Both the position numbers and the translations under genes were made by a program. Of a stretch of 64,000 nucleotides of DNA, positions 33,881 through 46,149 are shown piece by piece. The stretch lies in assembly GCA_907165135.1 (NCBI GenBank), contig OU015567.1:3224001-3288000 (forward strand), in the 5' to 3' direction. Source of the DNA: Oikopleura dioica (Eukaryota; Animalia; Chordata). The stretch's first letter is position 1. Each line of letters opens with the position of its first letter. The notes below the pieces were generated by a model. It saw nothing but the letters and a program-made list of their open reading frames with translations. It ran no database searches and had not been told where the DNA came from.

Positions 33881-34471
33881 TCATTCAAATTCCTCGTCAT
33901 CTTTAGGATCAGAAATATTATATCCAAGCGGCATTCTACCGTCAAGTTCTCGCGCTTCGTTTTCAGCTGCTTCGAGTTCTGCGTAGAAAGAGTCCCTCTT
34001 GAAGATCTCAAGAGTGTACCAGTAGATGTAGCAAACAAGACCCAAAATTATACTAAAAAGAGTGAGTAGACTGAGAAAGAAGATAAATACCTGAGCCAAG
34101 CGACTTTTTTCTTCCAGCCGCCTTGTAACTTCCATCGCGTGTGCTGGATATCTGTTTGTTGCTGAACAAAAGAACTTATGATTGTTGAACTCTACTATCG
34201 AAGCCGTTTTTTAGAGGAAAAATAGGCTAAAATGGCCATTCTAGGATGGTATTCTTACCATCATATGAAGATATTGCCTTGGCGCGAGAATATCATCAGA
34301 TGGCCTGACTGGTCGCATCATTTTATAGCTCTTCCTTAATTTCTCCGGCTGCGGGCCGACTGCTGTAGCATCCGAACTTTGGAATCGCATTGAAACGTGA
34401 AGTTGTTCCACTTGCGATGGGCATCTTGATAAGTGAAGAAAAGGCAACCGCGCCGACAACAATCTCGACAT
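33881..34471 (-). CDS. COA3: Cytochrome c oxidase assembly factor COA3/CCDC56-like
   Basis: Mitochondrial-presequence-like MSRLLSARLPFLHLSR; TM segment then IYWYTLEIFKRDSFYAELEAAENEAR, matching the COA3 pattern [26 protein letters not shown]. Confidence 0.65.
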
Positions 34472-34539
34472 TCTAGTTCTACAAGCAACTAGCGATAAGA
34501 TAAAAGAAAAGGTACAAAGATAAATTGGGGGATCAGGAG

Positions 34540-35027
34540 CTACATATTTGTCATTAAAGACTCAATCTCGTCCGTCGCAACTTCCGCGGGTAAACCGATC
34601 TTTTCCACTTTCTTCGGCGCGCTTTTCAGAGTTCCATTCGTTGTGGTTACTAGAAATAATTTATTGGATTGAAAATCGAGAAGCCGCTTGCGGCTTTGAT
34701 TCCCCGAAAATATAAGCCGCGCGACACGCGGCTCTTCTTCCTGATTCTCAAAGCTACTTGCGATTTCAATCAAATCGTTCAAATTGGGACCTTTTTGAGC
34801 AACAAACTGTAAAAAATAGCCCCCACAAAATCGTGTCCCGTCAAGAAGGGGATAAACTATTCAATTTCAGTTGTAAACTAATGGTTACCTATTAAATCAA
34901 TCTGATCATTCAGCATCTTCCTTATTTCCTCCTCTTTGTCCTTATTCTTCTTTTGCGTTTTCGTCTTTTTCATATTTCGATGCTTCGCCACTTTATTCTG
35001 CGCATTTCCGTTCTTTTTCTTCCCCAT
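34540..35027 (-). CDS. Small basic, probably nuclear, protein upstream of COA3-like gene
   Basis: MGKKKNGNAQNKVAKHRNMKKTKTQKKNKDKEEEIRKMLNDQIDLI / ...EVATDEIESLMTNM*. Stop lies 68 bp before the COA3-like ATG. Confidence 0.55.
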
Positions 35028-35321
35028 TTTTCTCTGCACCGACGTTCTTTCTTTTCAATTCTAAAATAATCGGAATAAATAATGATAGAGGGCGATTTTT
35101 CCAGAAGAAAATAATTGGCGCGTGGGAGCGGCCAATCCGAGAACAGAGAGAAAAGAGAAATTTGCTGAAATGAAGTCAAATATAGGAAGAAGACAAATAA
35201 TGTGCAGAACGAAATACAATGGCTGTTGTCAGAAAATTGAACTGCTATTTTTCTAGAGAATGTTCCTTCTTTTCGTTTTATTTTTTATTCAGAAAAATAT
35301 TCTTCAGAAAAAGCTCAAAAG

Positions 35322-37996
35322 ATGAAAAACTCGAGCGAAAAAAGGATGTCTCCCAGATTTTTCCACCTCCGCCGACTCGTTCCTCTTCTCGTCTCGTTTT
35401 TCCTCGGCTGCTTCGTTACCGTGAAAATACTGGATTATCGGCACCCGACACTTGAAACGCTGAGGCAAGAAAGAAAACTAGAATTCAACAATGAAGCTAA
35501 CAATCTCCTCGATCCAAAATTGCTGAAAGCAAAGCGGGTCAACACTGATCATCCGTTTACGGCCTGGGATTTAAAATTGCCCGAGTTTTATACGAAACAT
35601 GAAGATATTTATTCACAGGTTCGTCCGCAGACAGAAGTTATACAGAAAGATATTTTTCGTATTGTTTCGGGGAAAGAAATTGAGTCTCCTTACTATTCAA
35701 AGTTGGGTCTTTCTTGATTATATCTTTGAATTCTTCCGATTGATCGCCAACTGAATCATCTGTCATGCTTTTGTTACTAGTATAAATCGAAATCTTTACC
35801 TTTTCGAACAAGATTTTAGTTAAACGCTACTGAACTTTCTATACTCCGAGTTTCTCAGCTTTTTGGTAAATAATGATCATTATTTTGTTCGAAAAGGTTA
35901 AAATATTTCTATTGCTCTTCTTCCAGAGTACCGTTCAATACAATATTCGACAGAACCCTTGTCATTCGCATTATTTGAAGACTGGAGTTTCGCCTCGTCT
36001 TCTCTTTGTACTCTTCAACTACAGTAATAACTCATATCAAATTTGAGGAGATTGTTTTTAGTTAACTCATTTTGGAAATGTAGAATTTGTAAATACAAAG
36101 CAGGGGAATAGAAGAGATGATGTAGAAAACGAGAAAAACTTTATTTTTCTCTTCTCGGTCGATTTCGAATCTGTCCATTTTCGCGTTTTTAAAAATGGAC
36201 AGAAATCAAATCTCATCTGTCGCAATTTGCGACTCGCAAATCTAGCCATTTATCGATCATTTTCGATAACCAGTTTCGTTTGATCGACAGATCGGGACAT
36301 AATTGACGCAATGGGTGCCCTTGTTTATTGAATGTGTATCTCCTTTCAAATCTAATGCTCTCTATGTTCAGTTCACATGTTCCTGCCAAGACGCTTCAAA
36401 AAACGTTCTTCCCACTCCTTCGCCCGAAATCGTCGCCCAGAGAAAGTCCGACTTGTCCCGCTTCGTCAAATCCAATTATTTCCAACAAGCCAAAATGCCT
36501 CTCGTTCTTCAAAAGCCAAATCAACCTATAGAATTCGTTTCATCTGGATACGAAATCGAGCCGGACGAAGAATTCACGCCTTTTATCCGCACTCACTGTG
36601 GAATTTCAGCACAAAGACCTGTTCGGATTCAGCTTCAGTCGTTTTTCGGCAAATTCTTCTTCAGTAGGGAAAGTGAAAGGACTTCTTCTGCTTCTATAGT
36701 TGAAAGAGCCGCTGCTTCGGATGAAGAACTCGCCAAAATCCTCGAAAACCTACGCTACTCGACCTTCGTTTTCGACGGAAAAACACTCCAAGACTTTGTT
36801 CAAGTTACTGTAACTTGCAACGACAAAACCCCTCGATCCACCTCCCACCTCGCAATCTTCCCGATTCTCATTCGTCGCCGCCCTCTTCCTCAACTCTTTC
36901 CAGCCACAACAGCTTCCCTGAATGATCGACTTACAATCGTCACCAAAACGTTTCTGCGTTACCCTTGTCTTTACACCCTTCTGGACTCAATTCTCGACAA
37001 ATACCCAGGAATAACTGTGATTGTTGCCGATGATAGCCCAAGAGAAGAGCAACAAGACATTGACAAGGAAAAATATCCTTCGGTGAAGCATTACAGATTG
37101 CCAGAGAGCGAGGGCTGGTTTGCGGGACGAGGATTAGCAATAAGCCAAGGTATTAGACGATTTGAAGGAAGCCCCTTCTGGCTTCGAGTAAATAAACGAA
37201 AAGCCGCGGTCTTCGCGGCTTCTATTATGTAGACTCGGAGCCGCCAGCGGCTTCTCGATTATTTCATTTCACATTATCCACCCTTTACTAAAACTGATTC
37301 TAGTACGAACAGAGTACTTTCTCTGGGTCGACGACGATTTCGTCTTCAACTCTCACACCGACCTCTCCTACATGATCGACGTTGCAGACAAAAGCGGCTA
37401 CGACATCATCGGCGGCGGCGTTTCAACCGACAAAAGAAACACCTGGGCAGAACGAGATCATTTCGTGGTCGAGCGCGCTTCAGAGGGATTTTGCTATCAT
37501 CGAGTTAGATTTTCTAATGAAATCAAATTGCCGGGTTTCGAGGAAGAATGCCTCGTTGTTGATGTGTTGCTGAACTTTTTTGTTGGAAGAACGTCCTCGG
37601 CTGGTCGGATAAGAATGGGTAAGTGTCTGTGACATCATGCGACGCACGCTGTTTCCGACCATCAACGGCAATTAATCTAAAATAATTGATTTTAGATCCG
37701 AATTTCGATCACATTGGGCACCCAGAATACTTCCTCGATGGTTTGGGAGACCTGAGAACAGCTTGGTGCGGCAAGTCCTGGGTCGACCACTTCGGAGAGG
37801 TTGGCTTGAAAACTCGTTGCGCTGAATCCCAGGAATATAAAAAGCATCGTGGGAAGGGAGAAGCCCGGGCTGGTATGACTTTTTAACGACGTTGATGTGT
37901 ATAATTTCTATTCCTCTAGGGATCTTGAAGAGAAATGCCGAGCTCTGGTTTTATCGAAGCTATCTTCAGTGCTCTTCCGATTTCGATGGGTCTTGA
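35322..37996 (+). CDS. B4GALNT: Beta-1,4-N-acetylgalactosaminyltransferase, B4GALNT1/2 family (GT2 fold)
   Basis: Type II TM anchor; LTIVTKTFLRYPCL, VIVADDS, GWFAGRGLAISQV.TEYFLWVDDDF, VDVLLNFFVGRT, FDP..DHIGHPEYFLDGLG, end WFYRSYLQC. Confidence 0.9.
37201..37260 (+). repeat. Double GC-hairpin element in a 154-nt intron; second copy at 34674-34735 (- strand)
   Basis: AAGCCGCG-GTCTT-CGCGGCTT, spacer, AGCCGC-CA-GCGGCT-TCTCGATT. The other copy shares AGCCGCnAGCGGCTTCTCGATT (21/22). Confidence 0.65.
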
Positions 37997-38663
37997 TTAG
38001 AACGGCCATGTTTTTGATCGACAATTGTACGGAACTCCACCCTTTTTGGGTAGTCTACTGGTTGGTCTCAGTTATTAAGCGAAGTTTTATATCACCAAGT
38101 GGTATTCTGTTGCCTAGAAGCTGTGAACATCCTTGACCTACCCTCTCTTCATCGCAAAATCACCATGTTATAGAAATCAAAGTACTCTTATGGTTTTCAT
38201 ATCACCAATTCACCACTGTTTTCCTTCAAAGCCATTTATACCAATCAAATTTTTTCATTTCATATTATATTTACTGCCCAGTTACCGTTCCAAACATGTT
38301 TAATAAACATGAATAAGATTTTTTGAACTTTTCATCGCGATAAAACGAAACGTGGCTTACGGAACGCTTTATCAAGCTTATTGCTAAAGGAGGTTATTTA
38401 TATTCATTTATCAACTTCTTGCACACGTTTTTTGTAATGTTGATAAAATGAGAGCTGCTTATTTACAGGGGAATAAGAGGCACGGAAACGATAAAGCAAG
38501 GCGATTCGTTTATCATCGTTTCATGCAACAATCGCTTTTTTCCTGTTATGAAAATGCTCGTAAGAAAAAAAAGCTTTAAATTGATTGAAATAATTTATTT
38601 TTTGATTTTGTGAATATAAAAGCAGGGAAGAGCGTAAGAGCAGTAAAAAAGAAATCGAATGAT

Positions 38664-39200
38664 TTATGCACACCAGGAAGGCTTCGAAAGCTTGGCGGCA
38701 ATCTTTCCCCATCGTTTGGCGGTTCTGGTATCGACAGCGTCGTTGCAGCCGAAGTTCTTGAGATAGAGGTCGACTCCTGTCTGAAGGGACTGAGAATCAT
38801 CGCACCGATCGCCGGTGTTAGCGGCCGAATCAGCCCAGAGCGCGAAATCGTCGCCGCCGAAATTGTCAGAATCGTAAGGAGCAGAGCAGGCAGGATCGGC
38901 GGATGAAAAGAGACCGACTGAAAATGGTTGTTAGAAAAATGCAAGGTTTCTATGAGACTTACGATCTGCGAGTTCTTGCATTCGTCTAGTCATGGCTTTG
39001 ACGCTTTCTCCGCTGGAAGAAGCAGCAGCTTCGATTTCGCCAACAAATGTATCAACTGCGGCTTTGGCTTCTTCAGCTGTGACTGGAGCGACTCCAGATC
39101 CTTCGCCAGAGCTTTCCTCGACGACAGCTTGGTTTTTCTTCTTTCGTCGTCGGGCGTCGGCGGTGGCGGCGAGGAGAACGATGGTGGTGAAAAGCTTCAT
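38664..39200 (-). CDS. Small secreted protein, copy A (2 exons; oikosin-like by inference)
   Basis: MKLFTTIVLLAATADARRRKKK...MQELADR / ...DPACSAPYDSDNFGGDDFALW...CDDSQSL..YLKNFGC..RTAKRWGKIAAKLSKPSWCA*. Confidence 0.8.
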
Positions 39201-40929
39201 TTTCAGTTTTTGTTTTTGACTTTTTACTTCGTTAGATTAAAAAGTATTTGATGAGGAATTGCTAGATAGTGGTGCTTTTTATAAGAGCCCTTATCGCTCA
39301 AGACCGGATTTAATGGAGCGCCATAGACGGTGGAGGAGCTAGCGAGTGCCAGCGCTTATCACCAAGTCACTTTCTTACCGTTAATTTTTCCAGTTTGGCT
39401 ATTCTTCAGAAAAAATCTGTTCAAACAATGTTCGAGGGTCGCTTTGACTTTGATTCATTGTTGAAATCTTTTCACAATTAGAATTAATTTACGGATTGAA
39501 TTCAGCTTGAGTTGGATTTACTGATCAAAATCAGACTCGAAGAATTTTTACTTAGGAAAAAAGTCAGTTCAACTCATAAACTTGTCAAAAGCACAAAGTT
39601 CTCACGGAAAAATTACCTTTCGCGGCGTTTCCGAAGAAGGTCAGGCCGAATCCGGGCCCACATCTACCCTTTAATGGTCTGTCAACAGCAGATTTGCAGA
39701 CGCAACGTCACAAAGTCAGGTTTTAAACGTCAATCATAAATACGCACGATTATGGCCCATAATTTATGAGCATTTTTCCTACTGACCACGAAGCGGACAC
39801 GATAAATTTTACCATGGAGTTGAGCTCTAAAGGGAGATTGGAGAATCTGAGCGACGCTGGCCCTGAGCGTCGCTCGATCTGGAGCGCGCGCAATTTCGCG
39901 GCAAGAGCAACTAGTCATTGCAAAAACCCTTGTCGGCTCTCTGATTGGCCGAAACATCAGAAAATCTCGAGATTCACATCTTCAGAATCTCGAGATTCTC
40001 CTCAAGCGCAAACCAGGCGCTAAGGAAAATTTCTAGACTTCCCCGAGAGTGATCTGCGCGGGAAACGGGGAAGCGGATCGGAGGCCTTCTCCCTAAAGCG
40101 TTAAACTCCATGGTATATATGACTCGACCGCTCACGCTTTGTGTTGTTCGATATTTAATAATAATCAGCAACTTTTGGCAATGTCAGAACAGATGATTTT
40201 AGCATAAGAATAGGCTTTACCTTTTTGACAATTTTTTGTGGGTTCTCATTTTTTCATGCTGAAAAAGATCCCGAAAAGAAAAAACTGTATTTCGAGCAAA
40301 AACCAAATGAAAAAGGTTCAAAAAATTGACCCGAAAAATGCTGATTTCGATGCAAAAAGCATCCTTTCTGACGTCATCGGGCGCTAGAAACTCGGAAAAT
40401 CCTTTTGGTAATTCATCGATAAAACCATTAATAATGGGCCATTATCGTAATAATTACTTGATACAATGGGTAGATTACCATTGAAGTTCAATGATTGAAC
40501 ATTTTCTCCAACGAATCATACAATCGTTGGTTTTGCGTGGCAAGTTGGTGATTCTCCGCTTCCGTATTAACAAAGCAAAGTTATGCGCGAATATAAAAGT
40601 TCTCTGATTCACGCGTGAATTTTGGTGGCGCTCCCGTTTCGAACACAAGCGACTAAAAAAGCTTCAGCAGGAAAAAAATATACGGAAGCGGGTAAAACAA
40701 CTATTTGAATTTTGAAAATGAAAGTGCAAATTTATTTATCAGAGAGAAAGAAAAATTTAATCAAATTGGTGGTTCGGATTTTGATTCCGATCTTGACCGG
40801 AAGTTTCTTTAGTCTTTTGGTACCGGTGGAGACGAGATGCTCGGATAGTCCTTATTCGATCGGGGCGAAAAGAGTCAAACTTTTCAAGGTGATTTCAAGC
40901 TATATGAAGATATATTAATTAGTTCTGAT

Positions 40930-41102
40930 CAGAGTTGCAAATTTTGTGAGCTAGCTGAGCTAAAGCTTAGCCTAGCTAAGCTCAGTAATTTTGAGGTGAG
41001 GGTCAGCTCAGCTCAGCTCAGCTCAATTTGACCTCAGTTCAGCTAGCTCAGCTCAATGGTTCTTCGAAAAGAGCCAGCTCAGCTCAAAAATTTGCAACTT
41101 TG
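40930..41102. mobile_element. hAT-type MITE, 173 bp, with AGCTC pentamer arrays
   Basis: Ends CAGAGTTGCAAATTTT / AAAATTTGCAACTTTG; 8-bp TSD GTTCTGAT at 40922-40929 and 41103-41110. Confidence 0.85.
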
Positions 41103-41655
41103 GTTCTGATGACGGAAGGTACCGAATGGTTAATTTATTTTTTTCAAAAATGAAAGAAATGAGAATTTATTATCCGATAACCATTATTTATTTACCTAGC
41201 TACGAATTGAATCCGAGAGAGTATTAGGTTACTAAGTAGATTATGAACTTAGTAATTTTCTTCTTTATTCGTTAATGAGTATCTCTAAGCATTTTCTCAA
41301 ACAGTAAAGCTGTCAGAATTTAACGCTTTACGGCAGTCGTTTATTTTTAAATCGAAGCATTTATGAACCTATCGATTTAATTTTCATCCATTTTTTCCTA
41401 GAGCGCATGACAAGATATGATATTACTGATATCCTAACCTACAGTAGAGGTCCTCTATCATAATCTGTAAATCTAGACGATTTTTTTTCTATTCAAGCAG
41501 AATTTTAGCAGACTAAGGGACACGGGGATAGAGAATATAAAAAGGCGTTTAAAGAGTTTAAATCCTCTATAAAGCGGGCCATTAAGTCCTCGGAATTACG
41601 AATGTTTTGTTCGGTCGAAATTCACGAGCCGTTTGATCGGAGATACGGTCTAATA

Positions 41656-44129
41656 TGAACCGTAGTTCTCCAGATTCAAAACAAAGTTCATCGTTAAGCG
41701 CGGATCGTTTAATGAGTCAATTAAATCAGCAGAAAAACCCAATAAATCATTTATTTAGTTGACAGCTTGCGACAAACAAGCTGTAATCCATCAATTTCGG
41801 TAATCTAACCGAAATTCATATTATATGAATCATATATCTTCTGCCCAAAATGACCACTTATCTCATTTTTAGCCCGTTAAAAATATCGCTGCTCGGCTTG
41901 ATATTGACTATGAAGATTTCGAGCCGGTTCGAATTACGAATGAATTGGTCCTTCACGAAGCCCTGGGAGATCCGGAGGAAAATAAAAAGTTTATAAAACG
42001 ACCTGCTCGTCTCAGCGAAGAACTCGGGATCAAAAGACATTTGCTGAGTATAACTGTACTTTCGCCAGATGAATACCGACAACGAGCAAGGTTTATCACA
42101 GAAACACTTGGTGACAATTTCGACGACATGGTCTTTGTCATTTACACCCAAAATCATCATCTATCCATGATCGACGGAATCAACACCATTCTCCTGCCAG
42201 ACGTCGGGACGAGATCACAAAATGAGCAAATTTTAATGGAGCTCGTTTCGACCGATTTCGCTGATCAATTCAATTTCATCTTCATTTCCAACGGGGCAAA
42301 ACTGGGGACGTATCAAATGAAGTCGTTTTTGGAAGATAAAATGTCTTATCGAGAAGAACTTTTTGGCTCCAATCTTGACTCTGGCATTTTGTATACTACA
42401 AAGATCTTACGCGAGAGAAAAGAAGAGCTGGTGAGCAAATGTCAGACGGGATTAAATAGCGGCTGGAAGGTGGAGTCCTGGCTCGTTTCGTGCCTCAAAA
42501 AGATCAATGACCCGGCGATTTTGTTAACCCCTCTTCTACCGCAGACCCTTCTTGGTTCCTTCGAAAACATAGCTTCTGCGCAAAAAGCTTCGATCGCCTC
42601 TGAGATCGAAAGTCTCCGCGAAAAACTGACGGAAATTGAGGTTTCGATGCATTCAATGACCGCTCCAGAAGTCACCCAACAAGCAGAAGAAATGAATCAA
42701 ATTCTCTACAGAGATCTGCTTCCAGCGACAAGATGGGACGTCCTTGAATGGAAATACTTTGAAGAAGATGAGTTATTTTCCTGTCAAAGTCAAGGCAAGG
42801 GATTTTTATGACGAGAGTGTCAGAATTATTGAGAACGCCGCAAACGAGCAATTTTTTATTATGATGAGGAAGTTCGGATCGTTACCGGCTCTTGTTATTT
42901 TCGTTTATGGGACTGCGGTCAAATAAAATCGCGGATACGAATAACGAAATTTTCAGGGTCGAGTAAAATTTTTCGTCAAAACTTTCTTGAACGTTTTTTT
43001 TTCATTGACAAAAATCCCGATTTGCAGAAGTAAAATGCCCCTTCCCAAACTGGCTTGAATCAGAACTCGCCGACGCGAAAAACTTCATCCATTCCATCTC
43101 CGCTCATTCTTGCCTTTCATCCGATTCCATCACCATTTCCGGCTACTACGCAACTCTGAACGATCACACCCGCTACCTGCTGGACTTCGACGGTCCCGAA
43201 TGCGAAGCGTCAATGAGATTCGATCTCATTCGCAAAACAATCGGCTTTGAACTCGTCAATGCGCTGGAATTTTCTCAAGCTCCGATGCCTCTCATTGTTC
43301 TGCTTTTTGTTTCTTCTCATAACGTCGACTACTTGCCAAAGTTTTTGAACACGCTGCAGTCGTTTCAAAGTAAGTAACATCTTTATAATATTATTTTTCA
43401 AGAAAACATAAATTACTAAGCTGACGATATTGAACTGCTTCCAATCTTCATCTCAAATCCTAAAACCTCGTATCGTGCTGCCAAAGATCGCCTTGCCAAA
43501 TCCGGCTTAGCTCTTGTTAACAAAAACGCTGAATCAGCTGATTTCACTTGGCATTTCACTTCTTCAGGGAACGGATTAAGACTCCTACCATCACAAGAGT
43601 TAATACTAGCTTAACAAAATACAATTCTTCTTCGCGGAATAAATCGACCGAAATCCGGAAATGTCATTTTAATCCGACAATGAAGATGTCCTTTTTGAAC
43701 AAGAAAATAGGCAGAAATACTTGAAAACCCTTCTGGACGGAATTAACGAAGATGCAGCTTTTATAACGCTGGAACCAAGCGACTTGATTTCCGAAGATTT
43801 ACTGGAGAGCTGCAGGAAAAACGCGGCGAAAGAAAATCTATCGACAGTGAATATTGGTAACCCATCTTTTTCCCCGTCAAAAATGATGAGAATTTAGGCT
43901 TTCAACTTTTTGGACGAAAATTTCGCGAAGGAAAAGATCAAGAAATCGCGAAAAACGAAGGAATTTTCCATGCGATCAACGAGAAAACTCTTTGCTCTAG
44001 AATTTCTCACCTGACAACTTCTTCGAAGGTAAAATAATCAATTGAACTTGTTCATTTTTTAACAAAATTTAAGAAATTGAGAATATTAGACCCAAGCTTA
44101 CGATTTCGGTCAATCGTTTTCAACTGTAA
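41656..44129 (+). CDS. CHPF: Chondroitin polymerizing factor (CHPF)-like glycosyltransferase
   Basis: RPARLSEELGIKRHLLSITVLS and PATRWDVLEWKYFEEDELFSC match CHPF motifs (RYISTELGIRQRLLVAVLTS; PASRFEVLRWDYF..FSC). Both ends approximate. Confidence 0.7.
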
Positions 44130-44699
44130 TGAGTCGTCTTTGTCGAATAAGTGCATCAAAATACAGTCAAAAGGTTATTTCAAAAAATGAAATCAATAAT
44201 AATCTCACTTTTAGCTCTTGGAAAAAGGTCGTCACTGGGAAAATGGTACACCGAAAATAGCCTGTAATTATTTCTCCGCTGAAATTTCAGCACTTTATAG
44301 AATTCACTTTTTGTACTTTGTAAATACTTTGTCATCATATTTATCAATCCTCAATCACTGCAAAATCTTCAAACTCGTTCAAAGCGTATTTTTTCTTATT
44401 TATACTTCTTCATTATTTAAATAAATGCAAACTACTATAAAAAAAAACAAGTATCGAAGGCTCCTTTTTTCAACCTTTGTAATTCGGCAGATAGATAGAT
44501 TAAACAATCTGCGTGCTTAAAAATTCAACAATGCTCATTTTTTTCCGTAACTCAGCAACGATAAAAAACTGATCCTTTTCCAATTCCCGGGGATCTCGCT
44601 CAATCCAGTTATCTGTTTACTACAACGTGTTCAACACTGCGATAAAGAATCGTCTATTAAAAAAAATGCAACGGTGCTTGCTGGCTCCATCGAGTGCTC

Positions 44700-44770
44700 T
44701 TATCCGGTGGCGACGCGATAACGGTCCTTATAAAAACCTTGGCGCTCCTTCAGTTTTCATCAAATACTTT
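44700..44770 (+). promoter_or_regulatory. GATA + TATA core promoter conserved between the inverted gene copies
   Basis: GCGATAACGGTCCTTATAAAAA here versus GCGATAAGGGCTCTTATAAAAA upstream of copy A (~39275-39297, - strand); both followed ~25-30 nt later by TCATCAAATACT. Confidence 0.6.
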
Positions 44771-44817
44771 TTAATCTAACGAAGTAAAAAGTCAAAAAAA
44801 AAAACAAAAACTCAAAA

Positions 44818-45354
44818 ATGAAGCTTTTCACCACCATCGTTCTCCTCGCCGCCACTGCCGACGCCCGACGACGAAAGAAGAAGAACCAAGCTGTCGTCGA
44901 GGAAAGCTCTGGCGAAGGATCTGGAGTTGCTCCAGTCACAGCTGAAGAAGCCAAAGCCGCAGTTGATACAATTGTTGGCGAAATCGAAGCTGCTGCTTCT
45001 TCCACCGGAGAAAGCGTCAAAGCCATGACCAGAAGAATGCAAGAACTCGCAGATCGTAAGTTTCTTAATAGCCAAGCACTTCTTTATCATCACATTTCAG
45101 TCGGTCTCTTTACATCGGCCGATCCCGCTTGCTCCGCTCCTTACGATTCTGACAACTTCGGCGGCGACGACTTCGCAGTCTGGGCTGATTCGGCCGCTAC
45201 TACCGGCAATCGATGCGATGACTCTCAGTCCCTGCAGACCGGAGTCGACCTCTATCTCAAGAACTTCGGCTGCAACGATTCTGTCGATACTAGAACCGCC
45301 AAACGATGGGGAAAGATTGCCGCCAAGCTTTCGAAACCTTCTTGGTGTGCATAA
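44818..45354 (+). CDS. Small secreted protein, copy B (inverted paralog of 38664-39200)
   Basis: ORF 44818-45354 reads through a short in-frame intron; nearly identical protein to copy A. Confidence 0.8.
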   Translation: MKLFTTIVLLAATADARRRKKKNQAVVEESSGEGSGVAPVTAEEAKAAVDTIVGEIEAAASSTGESVKAMTRRMQELADRKFLNSQALLYHHISVGLFTSADPACSAPYDSDNFGGDDFAVWADSAATTGNRCDDSQSLQTGVDLYLKNFGCNDSVDTRTAKRWGKIAAKLSKPSWCA

Positions 45355-45680
45355 TTTTTTTTACTAATTTTTACTGCTTTTTCGCTGATTTTTCTTGCTT
45401 TTATATTATCAAAAATAAATCATTTATTCTTACCCAAACAAGTTTTCTTGCTGTGATCGCGCAGTTATTTGCTTCTTACAATGAGGAGAGACAAAAGTGT
45501 GAAAATCTGATTTTGGAAAGCAGTTCATTTTGAACCAAATATTTTTTCTATGCTTCTTCTCGATCTACTTACGCGCTTTCTTCCCTTTGATATTCCGGGA
45601 ACAGTCTTGCAAAAAGACATTATTTTTAGAGAAGTATTTACATAGTTTTAATTATCAATTAATGTAAAATTATTAATTAA

Positions 45681-46005
45681 GGACCCCCGTCAACACTTTT
45701 CGAAAAATCAAATTTCGGAATTTTAAAATTTTGACCCCGGAAATGGATGGTTAAAAATCGATTTTGATGCTTCATTTTTTGGGGGTCTATCTCGACTTCT
45801 TCACCCTCAAAATCGCAGTTGAAAATTTGACTTTTCGCCGAAAATTGACGAATTTGCCCTAATTTTGGCAAAAATATTGATTTTTCTTCGTCAAAAATTC
45901 CTCTTATCAAGTTTTTGAAGCAAGTTTAACTTGAGAACGCATCAACGACCAAAAAATACGGTGTTTTTCAAAATTTCCATTTTTTGACGAAAAATCTGAC
46001 GGACC
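45681..46005. mobile_element. Possible TTAA-flanked MITE (Kolobok-like GG...CC ends)
   Basis: TTAA|GGACCCCCGTCA ... TGACGGACC|TTAA; short imperfect TIR; interior rich in A/T tracts. Confidence 0.45.
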
Positions 46006-46149
46006 TTAAATATAAAGATTTTTGGTCTGAGAACAAAAATTTACTCACCCTCCATGCATTCGCCCTCTATTCTATGGTGCTTTGAAAATCTCAGCGGGTA
46101 AGAACCCGGAAATATCTCAAATAATTGAAAATCCGGAAAATCAGCTGCT

